A DNA stretch of 62,969 nt, filler included, from Octopus bimaculoides (taxonomy: Eukaryota): the NCBI RefSeq assembly GCF_001194135.2. It is 6 parts of 6 records of this genome, joined end to end, with 100 filler letters (N's around TTAATTAATTAA, not from the genome) between each part and the next. Parts side by side here need not be neighbours in the genome. Positions count along the whole stretch, not along the records: positions 1 to 20,172 come from NC_068997.1; positions 20,273 to 29,688 come from NC_068987.1; 4 more parts are not named here. One strand, given 5' to 3'. Made by a program: the position numbers and the translations under genes. Of the stretch, positions 13,586-25,299 are shown one piece after another; within the stretch, counting starts at the first letter, position 1, and every line of letters starts with the position of its first letter. The notes beneath the pieces are model-generated. The model searched no databases, was not told where the DNA came from, and saw only the letters and a list, made by a program, of their open reading frames with translations.

Positions 13586-13641
13586 TGCTCTTTAAATAGA
13601 TCAATGACAAAATATCGTTAAAAATCAATAAAGATACTTAC

Positions 13642-13779
13642 AATATCACCCAAATCAATCTTCTCAAATTTAAATGACTGTAAAGCTGCAGGTAAATTCT
13701 CCTTGATCTTTGGTTCAACAGTTGTGGTGAGTAAGTTCTGGACGTAAACACCAACATATGGCCAAACTTGACTGAGTAT
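13642..13779 (-). CDS. Esyt2: Extended synaptotagmin, SMP-domain exon (138 bp, phase 0-0): ILSQVWPYVGVYVQNLLTTTVEPKIKENLPAALQSFKFEKIDLGDI
   Basis: Acceptor tctttctcttttctgtag and donor ATT|gtaagt read directly. The open 46-codon frame matches the E-Syt SMP signature (WPY..Y...L....VEP.I...LP..L.SFKF.KIDLGDI). It is missed by the ORF track because it is an internal exon. Confidence 0.95.
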
Positions 13780-14183
13780 CTACAGAAAAGAGAAAGATGG
13801 GGGGAAGGTCAGTTATTAATGATCAATATATTCCCAAGTGAATTGTGTCTAATGTTCTAATCTTTTGCAAAGTACTAAAACCCTGGCACTATCGTCACAA
13901 TGGAAGCTTGAACCAACAAGGGAAATGCTGTGGTCACTTGATCTGCTAGAAACTGCAACCAAATGCCTTTCAATTCAGACACTAAAGAGTTTTAAAAAAA
14001 GGACACATTCGATAGTGTAGTCCTAGATACTCTAAAAAAAATGGAACAGTCACAACTTGTTGATCTGGAGTCAAACAATAATAGAACCTTTGGTTGATTA
14101 AAATTCTTTACCAATAGTCAGACAATAATTACTCAACTACACACTATTACATTTAAAGATTCAATTGTATAGATTCTTTTCTC

Positions 14184-14580
14184 AATCATCATCATCATCA
14201 TTTAACGTCCATTGTCCATGGGTTGGACGGTTTGACCAGGGCTGCTAAGTGGAGGGGCTGCACCAGACTCCAGACTGATCTGGCAGGGTTTCTACAGCTG
14301 GATGCCCTTCCTAATGCCAACCACTCCAAGCGTGTAATAGGTGCTTTTACATGCCACCAGTACAGGTGCCAGTTGTGTGACACCAGTATCTGCCACGACT
14401 ACGATTTCACAGCACATTGACAAAGGTCTCGGTCATTTGTCATTGCTTTTGTGAGGCCCATACTCTCAAAAGGTGCTTTTTACATACCACCGCCACAGGT
14501 GCCAGTTACACGACACCAGCATCGGCCACATTGCATGAAGCCCAATGCTCACAAAGGTGGTTTTTACATGCCAGCAATAT
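14184..14580 (-). mobile_element. SINE family C with (TGA)n tail and GGAAGGGCATCCAG core
   Basis: Recurrent catcatcatttaacgtcc...catgggttgga...ctacagctggatgcccttcc. Other copies at about 4865-5065(+), 8630-8930, 9015-9290, 10872-11275, 17735-18135 and 18241-18515. Confidence 0.8.
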
Positions 14581-14706
14581 AAAACAATTTTACTATCAAA
14601 TATCTTCCCATTTTCACATCTGTTTTCCCATGTCTTTTTTTTTTTTGCTTGAAGTAAACAGAGCTGAAAATAGAGACATTTCATATATTCTAAGAAGTGT
14701 TCTTCA

Positions 14707-14979
14707 TACAGTTCTATATTTAAGAGATGAGGAATTATGTACATTATTTACGTTTGACGGATATTTGTCCTCATCTTGTTTGCTGTTAACACAACATTTC
14801 GGCTGATATACCCTCCAGCCTTCATCAGGTGTCTTGGGGAAATTTCGAACCTGGGTTCTCATTCCTAAGGTCTTTTTTGATGTTGCTATTATTATTATTA
14901 TTATTATTATTCAGGTCACTGCCTGGAATCGAACTCGGAATCTTGGGGTTAGTAGCCCATGCTCTTAACCACTACGCCA
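14707..14979 (-). mobile_element. tRNA-headed, hammerhead-bearing non-autonomous retroelement (copy 2, core intact)
   Basis: On minus: tRNA-like head (A box TGGCGTAGTGG, B box GAGTTCGATTCC), (AAT)n linker, hammerhead motif, and an AT-rich 3' part ending at the same tacagttctata boundary as copy 1 at 5994. Confidence 0.8.
14788..14833 (-). ncRNA. Minimal type I hammerhead ribozyme
   Basis: Minus strand reads GACAC-CUGAUGA-A-GGCUG-gaggguauau-CAGCC-GAAA-UGUU^GUGUU. It has stem I GACAC/GUGUU, a 5-bp stem II, an intact core, and a short stem III. Copy 1 has GAAACGUU, a palindromic ACGU; this copy has a CpG-type C>U change. Predicted cleavage is between 14793 and 14792. Activity is not demonstrated. 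Confidence 0.7.
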
Positions 14980-15060
14980 CAGGTATATGGCATAGTGGTT
15001 AAGAGTGCAGGCTACTAACCCCAAGATTCCGAATTCATTTCCAGGCAGTGACCTGAATAA
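14907..15060. repeat. Inverted duplication of the tRNA-like head (73-bp arms, 8-nt loop)
   Basis: Arms 14907-14979 and 14988-15060 are reverse complements with 65/73 matches by manual alignment. Loop is caggtata. Confidence 0.9.
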
Positions 15061-15129
15061 TAGCACTGAGCTTAAAAAAAAGATTTACAATGGTTACAAG
15101 ACTGGTTTAAAAAACAATTAAATACTTAC

Positions 15130-15171
15130 ATGGTTAATCCACTCAGCTCTCTCAACATCGGGGAAGTACAC
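15130..15171 (-). CDS. Esyt2: Extended synaptotagmin, 42-bp exon (phase 0-0): VYFPDVERAEWINH
   Basis: Acceptor ttttcattttttttttcctag and donor CAT|gtaagt. The peptide matches the conserved E-Syt FPDxERAEWxN motif at the start of the SMP domain and splices in frame to 13779. Confidence 0.95.
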
Positions 15172-16968
15172 CTAGGAAAAAAAAATGAAAACAGATAAGA
15201 ACAATAATTCTAATGGTAACAGAAACGTATACACATGGATATACAGAAAGGATGAGAGGCGAATACAAAGGAAGTGGGAGAAGAAAGTGATACAGAGAGT
15301 TGAAGACAGATATATAAAAGTGTAGGAAAAAAGATGAGAAAAGTATGGAGAGAAAGATGTAGAAAGTCAGGCATAGAGGGAGAGAAAGGAGAGTGAAAGA
15401 GAGAGAGAGAGACAATGAAAGAAAAGTGGGAAAGAAGAAGGAGAAAGAGAGCTTATAAAGTCCAAAATAAACTGTATAGCTTTGGAAAAGATTTAGTTAA
15501 TAGATAAAGAGATTTATTTGAAGGAACCGGGTATATAATGCAAACAGGAGTGTATCTATAAGCAAACTGAAGATAAAGCATTTCATTCAACTTAATCAGA
15601 CAACTTGAGTCAATGAGCAAGCTGCTAAATAATCACTCAGCACTTGAGAAAGAGCAGCCAAATCTCCCTCAATGCCCAAATAGGTGGAAGATTTTAATTC
15701 AGATCTTTTGAAGACAAGACATTTGTACTACAGAGCCAGAGGTGGTCTCAGCCGGGTTGGTATCAAAAGGGTTAATACACAAATTATAAAACAGGAAAAT
15801 AAAGTATGTTAACTGCTATGGCTGTTTCCATCAGTTATATAATAAATTTTCTCATAAAAATTCTTCAAAACTAAAATCACCAGAGCATGTTTTAATGGTG
15901 AAAAATATGTGAGAAGAGTCAGAAAAAAGAATCTATTTAGAAAACTGTTTATTCTAAATAACATATTTTAGCATCATTTTCGGTTCAACTAATATGTTTT
16001 GCAAAGTTAACCATGTTAATTGTAAGTAGGAGGGTTTATCTAATTCATGAACCATTTACAAATGATGATGATGATGATGATAAGAAGTTGTTTAAATATC
16101 ATTTCTCTTTTACTTGTTTTAGTCATTAGATTACAGCCATGCTGGGGCACCCCCTTGAAGAATTTTAGTTGAACAAATTGACTCCAGTACTTAATTTTTG
16201 AAGCCTAGTATTTATTCCATCAGACTCTTTTGCTGAAATGCTATGTTACAAGGATGTAAACACACCGACACTGGTTGTCAAGCAGTGGTGGGGGACAAAC
16301 ACAGACACACACATATTATGACAGGCTTCTTTCAGTTTCTGTCTACCAAATCCACTCACAAGGCCTAGGTCAGCCCGAGGCTGTAGTGGAGGACACTTGC
16401 CCAAGGTGCCACACAGTGGGACTGAACCTGGAACCATGTAGTTGCAAAGCAAACATCTTACCACATAGCCACAGCACAAATAATTCATGTTAATATCTAA
16501 CTTAAAATACTCTTTAACCTTTGAAGACGAAGCAAATTAATGCTTCTAGACTGAGTTTTAGAAAAACCATGCAATCTTTTCATAGTCATTTCAACAATAC
16601 ACATGGGAATTGTGTAACACAGTGTAATGAAATTTTGAGAGTATGTCAATAAAATATACAAGACTACAGTTAAAACATGAGTAGGCTAGCTGTAACAAAA
16701 TGTTATTCCATTATCCAGCAGCTGCTACCATTTCTTATAAAATGTCAACTCAGGGCACAGATAACATTTCAAATGAAATATCTAAATTGTTAGCCTTACA
16801 TTTAAAAGAGACAAAAACTATAAGCAAAGATAAAAGAGGAATGCATCATATGATCAGCTTAAATGTTCACTTTTATTCTTGCCTGTTCTTTTTAGTAAAA
16901 GTCTCCAGTAAATTCCGTTCTCTTCAGGTTCAACCAAAAGCTGGTCCTTACACTAACCATCCTATTAA

Positions 16969-17171
16969 CCCTTTTGGTCCCAAATTTCTGTCTTTGTTCC
17001 AATTAATTTTGAAAATAATGAAGAATTTAGGAAAATAATCATGTCGTTATTATGCTTGTGTTTGGAACATAAATTTACAGGAAATTTTGATGGAAGATTT
17101 TAATTTAAATCACCTTAAAACAGCAAGTCATAGAACCAGAGACAGTCTTGGATGGGCTGGTATCAAAAGGG
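16969..17171. mobile_element. piggyBac-type MITE, 203 bp
   Basis: TTAA TSDs at 16965-16968 and 17172-17175. TIRs CCCTTTTGGTCCC / GGTATCAAAAGGG. Partial copies of the same family at about 12490-12607 and 15683-15775. Confidence 0.85.
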
Positions 17172-20131
17172 TTAAGAAACTTATTTGCAGAATTGTTTAT
17201 ATACAACAAACTACTAACCAGTGGTGGCTTGTGTATAGGCACTGCAGCATCCACTATTTCCACTCAATATTATCGACAACATTCAATATAATGAGTCCTT
17301 TTTTCTTTAATTCTTTCTTTATACTTGTATATTATATAATCCTTAAGCTTAATGTCAGTAGCCATTCCCTAGTTTATGAAAAAAAATACGAAAGTCCTTG
17401 TATAGAACTGTGCACTTCACAGTTCCAGTGACGCAGTGTTTCACTGTTGTGCACATGCTCACATGTCCGAGACTTCGAAAACTTTGCAATGCCGCCCCAT
17501 TGGCCCTGAACGTGTATACAATATCATTATTTTCTCATCTGTCTTCACCACTCCCTCTAACTCCCAAGTCTTCTCTGGTCTACTTCTGCTGTATATTATT
17601 AACCACCATTATGAAGTTATAGCACCGTTTCACCTTACATGCATCAACCACTTCAAGTGGAAATTTCTATCTGCACAATCATCTCTTCTGCATGCATCTG
17701 TTGGTACTTTTAATCCAATAATATTGGATATTCATCACCATCATCATTCAGCATTTGTATTCCATGTTGTCATGGCTTGGATAGTTTAACAGGATCCAAC
17801 AGGTCAGAGGACTGTGTCCAGCTCCAGTGTCAGCTTTGGCATGGGTTCTTAAAGCTGGATGCTCTTCCTAATGCCAGCCACTTAAAAAGTATACTGGGTG
17901 CTTTATTTTTCATATCATCGACACTAGTAAAGTTACCAAGTAGCTTGCAGAGGAAAACACCTTGATTGAGGCTGTGAAGTATTGAGGGACGTGACAGGTA
18001 TTAAGTGTTGAGAGATAAGACTATGATCGAGGGGCTGGAATAGGTGTGTAGACATACCCTCAAGGTAAGAGAGGGTGAATGATGGAGATGGATGGGAACA
18101 GAGTACCAAGTGAGGGAAATAGAAGAAGAGCATAAGGTAAGTTCATGAAAGTGTCTACTGTTAATAATTCTTAACAATTCAAATATTACAAATTTTAAGA
18201 AAACAAAATTGAAAGTTTAGATGAACTCTGAGCCTTCTTTCATCATCATCATCATTTAACGTCCGCTTTCCATGCTGGCATGGGTTGGACGGTTTGACTG
18301 AGGATTGGTGAGCCAGAAGGATACACCAGGCTCAATCTGATCTGGCAACATGTGCCGGTAAGGCAACGCTGGCAACGATTACGCTCAAATGGTGCTTTTT
18401 ACATGCCACTAGCACGGGAGCCAATCCATGGCCCTGGCAGCAATCGAGCTTGGATGTGCTTTTAACATTCCACTGGCATGAGTGCCAATCAGGCGGCACT
18501 GTCATCGGCCATGTCATGTTTGAATAACTTTACTGCATGTTGTTATGAAAGCATTGTCATTACTTGCAGTCCAGATGAATTATTGTACTTTAGTTGAAAG
18601 CTGTCAGCTAATCAATTGTAATAAAAAATAGACACAGTCACACTTCTGCTTGGAAAACTGAAGTTTAATGTTTTAGCGAAATAAAACCCATTAGATTCTA
18701 AGTAATTATTTTTGTCACAATACATGCAAGTATTACAATAATTACTGTTGTGGCAACTTTTACAGTTTAAGACTTGACAATATTTTTTTTCTGCATATTG
18801 ATAATTTAGATTAATGACCTGCTGGACATGTGATAAAAATGTGGGGAAAGTTAAATGCAAGTTGCAAAAACAGCTGGAAATTGAAGCCACTGGCAGATGC
18901 TTTAAGTAAGATATTTAAACTGGAATCGATATAGAATGCAGGCAGATTGTGCCTCTTGAGTGTAGATCCTTAGCATTCATTACAACAGAATTACACATTT
19001 CATAGAATTTAAATCTTCTAACAAAGCCTAGTCTCAGAACTTCTTGCATTCTTTCACAATTTCATGGTCCATTTAACTCGAGGGAGGCTTATACATGGTA
19101 TCTTAACTAAGAAATAGCAGCCAGGTCTCCCTCCAAAAGAATCACATTGAATAATGTATCCAATATATACAACAGTGTCAAAAACAAAAACAAAAAAAAA
19201 GACAAGAAGGCCACAACTGGAAAGCCTTTGTCCAGGTCTGTTTGGTTTAGGGCTGATATGGTCTCAACAACAACAGCAGCAGCAGCAGTTTTTCTATTCC
19301 TTCTGAGAGATCTGTGATCTTCAATTCATTCTGCTGAATATTGCTCCACCTCTGTTGTATCTCCATTGTGGATCCCTCAGAAACGGACAGACAAATGCAG
19401 CTTTCAACCTTGCTTTCTTCATAAAACACATTTCAAATTATATGTTCTAATATTTCTACAATTTGCATGGCTCCACAGCTCAGGTGCTCAGAACTCCAGT
19501 GTTTTGAGTCTCTCTCTCTTTGGAGTCTTGTTTTCTTAAAACAGCGAACTGGCAGAATCCTTAGCATGCCAGGCAAAGTGCTCAGTGACATTTCATCCAT
19601 CTTTATGTTCCGAGTTCAGATTCTGCCAAGGTCGACTTAGCCTTTCATCTTTTCAGGGTCAATAAAGTAGGTACCAGTTGTGCACTGGGGGTTGATGTAA
19701 ATTATTACCCTCCTCCCTTGGAATTGCTGGCCTTCAGCCAAACTTTAAAATCCATATTTCTACAATTCTCCTTGATCTGCCATTAACTTAATGTTTCTGA
19801 AGTAAACGAAATCCTTATCACTGATGATGCTTGCAAGCTTAATCTGATGATGTTTGTGTGATAAAGCTCACAGCTGAAACCATGTGTGTCCCATAGAAAA
19901 CTAAACACAACAGACAACAGATGTTGTTAATATTACTGACACAGTTGGTGATATTTTCTAATTGGCTCCATTTCATTATGGGTTTGATCCTTTTAAATTA
20001 CTGCTGTTCAAAGAAGGCATGTGAATAACAAATATACTTTCAACATAATTAATAATCATCGTTGTTGTTGATTTGCCTCAGGTCGATCTTGATCAAACAT
20101 GCTTTCCAGCCATGGCCATCCTGTGTATGTG

Positions 20132-20172
<41 letters not shown>

Positions 20173-20272
20173 NNNNNNNNNNNNNNNNNNNNNNNNNNNN
20201 NNNNNNNNNNNNNNNNTTAATTAATTAANNNNNNNNNNNNNNNNNNNNNNNNNNNNNNNNNNNNNNNNNNNN
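20173..20272. other. Assembly spacer 44N-TTAATTAATTAA-44N (also at 29689-29788, 42990-43089, 53725-53824 and 59045-59144)
   Basis: Identical 100-bp layout five times. TTAATTAATTAA has stop codons in all six frames, as used in artificial contig linkers. Confidence 0.95.
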
Positions 20273-20834
20273 ATATATACACGTATGTATGTATTTGTGC
20301 GATTGTGTTTCTCCCCCACCATCGCTTGACAACCGATGTTGGTGTGTTTACGTCCCCGTAACTTTGTGGTTCGGTAAAAGAGACCGATAGAATAAGTACT
20401 TGGCTTACAAAGAATAAGTCCTGGCGTCGATTTGTTCGACTAAAGGTGGTGCTCCAGCATGGCCGCAGTCACATAACTGAAACAAGTAGAAGAATAAAAG
20501 AATACTTAGAATTCTTAAAAAAAAAAAAAGAGAATGTCAAAAATCTTTGTAGCAGAAGTTTTTGCATTTTGTGTCTAAAGGCTTTCACATAAATTCCACA
20601 CAATATGAAAAAACCAAAGGTTGTTGGCATTATGTTTGTTTGTTTGTTTTTATTTTGTTATTTTTTTTTTAATTCCAAATTCATAATCTAGCACTTGCTC
20701 CACAGTGGTCAAGTCCTGGATTAAAAATTAATAAACTAAGTTTAAAACAATTGAGCACTACTATGTGTTTTCTAGATTGAGTATACCTAGCACTTAACTT
20801 TTGACTGTAGGTAAAACTCAACATGAGCAAACAG

Positions 20835-21210
20835 GATAAAACATTCACAGTATCCAAGTGTCATGATAACAGACGTGGAACGTGTCAATACATGCATACT
20901 GGTTGATTCATTAGAACAAAAAGTGGACAAATTTTCACGAATGCAGATATGAACTGCAAAAGCAGAAATTTGATCTACTGTATTAAATGCCTTGATTACG
21001 AGGAACCATACATTGGCGAGACAGGGAATGCATTATCGGAACGCTCACGAGTTCACAGACAACAAATCCGGAACACTAAGATTCGCCAAATTCCACTGAG
21101 TGAACATATAGAAACATGTGGTCAGAAAATGTTTCTAAATTTTCCTTTCCACAAACTACATGACACAAAAAAGGTTTCATTAAATGTTCAAACCTGTTCT
21201 GAACGGAAAT
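20835..21210 (+). mobile_element. Penelope-like element, GIY-YIG endonuclease fragment
   Basis: SKCHDNR..TC linker followed by MNCKSRNLIYCIKC...YIGETGNALSER..VHRQQI...LSEHIETC. Confidence 0.85.
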
Positions 21211-21262
21211 AACAATAATATAACAACTAGATAATAATGTGGATTAAACAATATCTTTAACA

Positions 21263-22140
21263 CAGTGTTTCCCAACCTTTTTTGGCAAACGCCCTCCTTA
21301 GAACATTTGGATACCTTTACCGCCACTCCACTCCAATATGAGCGCTAACGAAGTAATCTTTCTTAGGAATTATTTAGAAATAGAACAAGATTTTACATAC
21401 GTGTGTATTTACAGCAATATTTACCGATTGCATTGGATATGTGTACATCAGTGTGATCCCAGCTTCTTATGATCAGCAGCAAGTTTAAGAATATTTGGTT
21501 CTAAATTTGACAAAAGAAGTCGTAAATCACCACGCTGTTGTACGTCCCGTCGGTTTCTGTTTTTAGCTAAAATTTGGTTTACCGCGCTAAATCCCTTCTC
21601 CACCAGGCATGATGATGGGACTGCAATGAAAAAATAGCCTTGCTTCATTCCACAGTAAAGAAAATTTCCCATTGCAATGCAACCACATTTCACACAGGCC
21701 TTGATTTTCAGAAATCATCTTTCCTTCTTCGTCACATTGTACCTCGACAATGTCCTCCTGCAAATCAATTTTTTGTTCCTCTGCTTTGCACATAAATGGG
21801 TTCTTTACCTAGTCAAGACTATTCAGTTCAATCAAATCCTTAAATCTTGTCTGAAAGTCATCACTGAGTTGCTGTTGATGTACACAACAGGCTCTCAAAT
21901 CATATTCAATAAATACATGGGAAATGCTTTCATGGACGAAACTGACAAAATTCCTTCCTTCCTAGGTTTTGTTTGTACAGACTGAATATGTTTATGAAAC
22001 TGTTGATTGCATTTTTTGCTTGAGTGAGGGTAAAATTATTCCTTCGCAGTTGCAAATTTAGAATATTCTTCACCATTTTCTTCACATAATTGACGGAACA
22101 GTCTGGTGTTTAAAGCCCGAACTTTAATTTTGTTGACAAC
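21263..22140 (-). mobile_element. hAT (Buster/SCAND3-like) transposase 3' remnant with one TIR
   Basis: TIR CAGTGTTTCCCAACC at 21263. C-terminal dimerisation motif PSSCLVEKGFSAV...KNRNR...RGDLRLLLSNLEPNILKL...H*. Upstream VNKIKVRALNTRLFRQLCEEN. Confidence 0.85.
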
Positions 22141-22161
22141 AAATATTATTACAGCTAGCTT

Positions 22162-22380
22162 AAGGCGGCGAGCTCGCAGAAATGTTAGCACGCCGGGCTA
22201 AATGCTTAGCAGTATTTCGTCTGTCTTTACGTTCTGAGTTCAAATTCCGCCGAGGTCGACTTTGCTTTCATCCTTTTGGGGTCGATAAATTAAGTACCAG
22301 TTGCGTGCTGAGATCGATCTAATAGACTAGCCCCCTCCCCAAAAATTTCGGGCCTTGTGCCTAGAGTAGAAAAGATTATT
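22162..22380 (+). mobile_element. tRNA-derived SINE family A (best-preserved copy)
   Basis: ggcggcgagct.gcagaa..gttagcacgccggg head, B-box-like gagttcaaattcc, and core cctttcatcc.tt.ggggtcgataaattaagtaccag (similar to the Meta-type SINE core as I recall it). Other copies at about 6370-6567(-), 9300-9420, 19537-19752, 33745-33925, 42696-42905, 52131-52340, 53825-54005 and 60841-61050. Confidence 0.85.
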
Positions 22381-23320
22381 ACAGCTAGGCTGGAAGAGAA
22401 TCGTTCACTAAGCCTTTTAGCAACGAGATGTTTTCGGTCCAATTATTAATGATTACTTTGTTAGGAGTATATAAAATATGAAAACAGAGAGGAGGTATGA
22501 GATGAATATGTTTTTTATCCCTATGATTAGCATCGTTTCGTTGTTATCTGATAGAAAAATAATTCAGTTTAGCGTATAATAAATTCTTTTTTATATATAG
22601 AAGAATGTATAAACTTTCGAGAAATAATTCTATTTTAGAATTGGATTTCGAAGTACGTATAAATAATAGCATTTAAGTATTACGTTGGAAAACCCTTTTC
22701 GATTAAAAAAAAAGTCGAAGCCCGTGGGACTCAAGCACACATCTATAGATCTGACAGGGACTCTGTCATTGAACTACAGTAATCCTTCGAATTGCTCTCA
22801 CCATTTTAGAAACTTTATTCTGACCAGCGAGAATTGTATGTTAATGACATCATAAGTATTTTTTTTTAATTTCGAGGGAACGCGAAATGATTTTATTTTC
22901 GAACTGGATCACGAGGTACAGATAAAGCTATAAATAGTAACGTGTAAAATATTGTGATGAAAAACCTTTTAGGATTAAAAAAAAAAACAGTCGAAGGCTG
23001 CATATGTGCGTGTATATAATGTATACATACACACACATACACATTCACACACACACATAAATATATACATACACATGATCAGCAGATGAGATCCAGAGAT
23101 TCTCAGTACAGAAGACATTTAACAGCGCTCAAATGGTTCAGACTTAGATTCCGATGACTTTACAGGGGATCAATTCCGCGAGGTAAAGAATCGCTATAAG
23201 AGGAATCAATTTGAGCAGATATGGAGGCAATTATGCGGATACACATAAAATATATTAAATATAACAGTTGTTATATTTAATATATCGACTTTGTTCATCT
23301 GCATAATTACCTATATGTGT

Positions 23321-23365
<45 letters not shown>

Positions 23366-24248
23366 CATCGACAGTTCAAACCAACACACCAACTCAAGCA
23401 CCTATATACAAACACCGGGGACTTTCTTAACTAAAAAGTTCTTGACGCTTTGTTAGCAACCGGCTTGAATTCTCCCAAGGAGAGGTTAAATAAAACCCAA
23501 AGAAAAATCATAGTACATGTGTGCGTGTGTGTGTGTGTGTGTNNNNNNNNNNNNNNNNNNNNNNNNNNNNNNNNNNNNNNNNNNNNNNNNNNNNNNNNNN
23601 NNNNNNNNNNNNNNNNNNNNNNNNNNNNNNNNNNNNNNNNNNNNNNNNNNNNNNNNNNNNNNNNNNNNNNNNNNNNNNNNNNNNNNNNNNNNNNNNNNNN
23701 NNNNNNNNNNNNNNNNNNNNNNNNNNNNNNNNNNNNNNNNNNNNNNNNNNNNNNNNNNNNNNNNNNNNNNNNNNNNNNNNNNNNNNNNNNNNNNNNNNNN
23801 NNNNNNNNNNNNNNNNNNNNNNNNNNNNNNNNNNNNNNNNNNNNNNNNNNNNNNNNNNNNNNNNNNNNNNNNNNNNNNNNNNNNNNNNNNNNNNNNNNNN
23901 NNNNNNNNNNNNNNNNNNNNNNNNNNNNNNNNNNNNNNNNNNNNNNNNNNNNNNNNNNNNNNNNNNNNNNNNNNNNNNNNNNNNNNNNNNNNNNNNNNNN
24001 NNNNNNNNNNNNNNNNNNNNNNNNNNNNNNNNNNNNNNNNNNNNNNNNNNNNNNNNNNNNNNNNNNNNNNNNNNNNNNNNNNNNNNNNNNNNNNNNNNNN
24101 NNNNNNNNNNNNNNNNNNNNNNNNNNNNNNNNNNNNNNNNNNNNNNNNNNNNNNNNNNNNNNNNNNNNNNNNNNNNNNNNNNNNNNNNNNNNNNNNNNNN
24201 NNNNNNNNNNNNNNNNNNNNNNNNNNNNNNNNNNNNNNNNNNNNNNNN

Positions 24249-24324
<76 letters not shown>

Positions 24325-24424
24325 TTACATACATACACCCACGCATATATATATACATACATACATTCACACGCATACACACACGCACGCACACACACAT
24401 ATGTATGTATGTATGTATGTATGT

Positions 24425-25060
24425 ATGGAATAACCAACATCTTTAACACCATAAAACTGAATTTACCTATACTCCTACAAAGCCCCAAAATGAAAAGTCT
24501 ATTTGAAAAAAAAAAGCACTTTACGGAATAGTAGACGCCAACCAAAATATCTTTAAAAAAACATCTCACAAGGGCAGAATTCAAATCAGAGAATGAATCA
24601 GAATTCTTAGTAAAAGAATGTGGAGATAGGAGATATGGAACATGCAACAACAACTTTAAATACTTAGAAAGTGGTTCCCACATAAAATTGAAGAGCAGAT
24701 CCCTTTTCAAAATAAATGCAGATATGAACTGCAAAATGCAAAACCTCATATACAACATTACCTGCCCAAACTGCAAAGAAAATTACATTGGGGAAATAAA
24801 TAATTCCCTCCTCCAACATGCAAGAATCCACAGGCAACACATCCGACAAGAGGAATTACGCAAGATTCGATTAAGTAAGCATCTGGAAATATGCAGCGAC
24901 GAAAAATTCAAAATTTACTTCTTGCAAATGTGCGCGGGACGATCCGCAATACCGAAAAGCAATGGAACTACATTTTATCAAAAGATTTTCTCCAAAACTG
25001 AATGTTTGAAGGAAAAGCGGAGACAGTACATTTTGTATTCTAAATATAACTCAAATATCG
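24425..25060 (+). mobile_element. Penelope-like element 3' fragment (linker + GIY-YIG + 3' tail)
   Basis: SRRQPKYL..HLTRAEF...ECGDRR..TC, then MNCKMQNLIYNITCPNCKENYIGE...HRQHI, and in a shifted frame ELHFIKRFSPKLNV*. Confidence 0.85.
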
Positions 25061-25254
25061 GAAACATGATGCTCATCTCTGTGAATATCTAGGTGTATAT
25101 GTGTGGCATTGAGATGTTCTGAGCTTTGCATGTTTTTCTAGTTTGTAAGTGTTATACTAATGTTCTCTAATGCAAAAACATGAAGTTGAAAGAGGTGCGA
25201 TTGTGTTTCAATGCAAAACATCGAAGTTACACAGTATAAACATGGATATGTTCC

Positions 25255-25297
<43 letters not shown>

Positions 25298-25299
<2 letters not shown>

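Noticed and set aside
14911-14979. tRNA gene with anticodon ACT (also 6170-6238 and 14988-15056)
   Set aside because: Anticodon and T stems are poorly paired, there is no proper acceptor stem, and it is embedded in a dispersed repeat. Treated as a tRNA-derived head.
19247-19429. 60-aa ORF with poly-Leu / (CAG)n
   Set aside because: No splice signals or homology; it does not match the missing E-Syt N-terminus.
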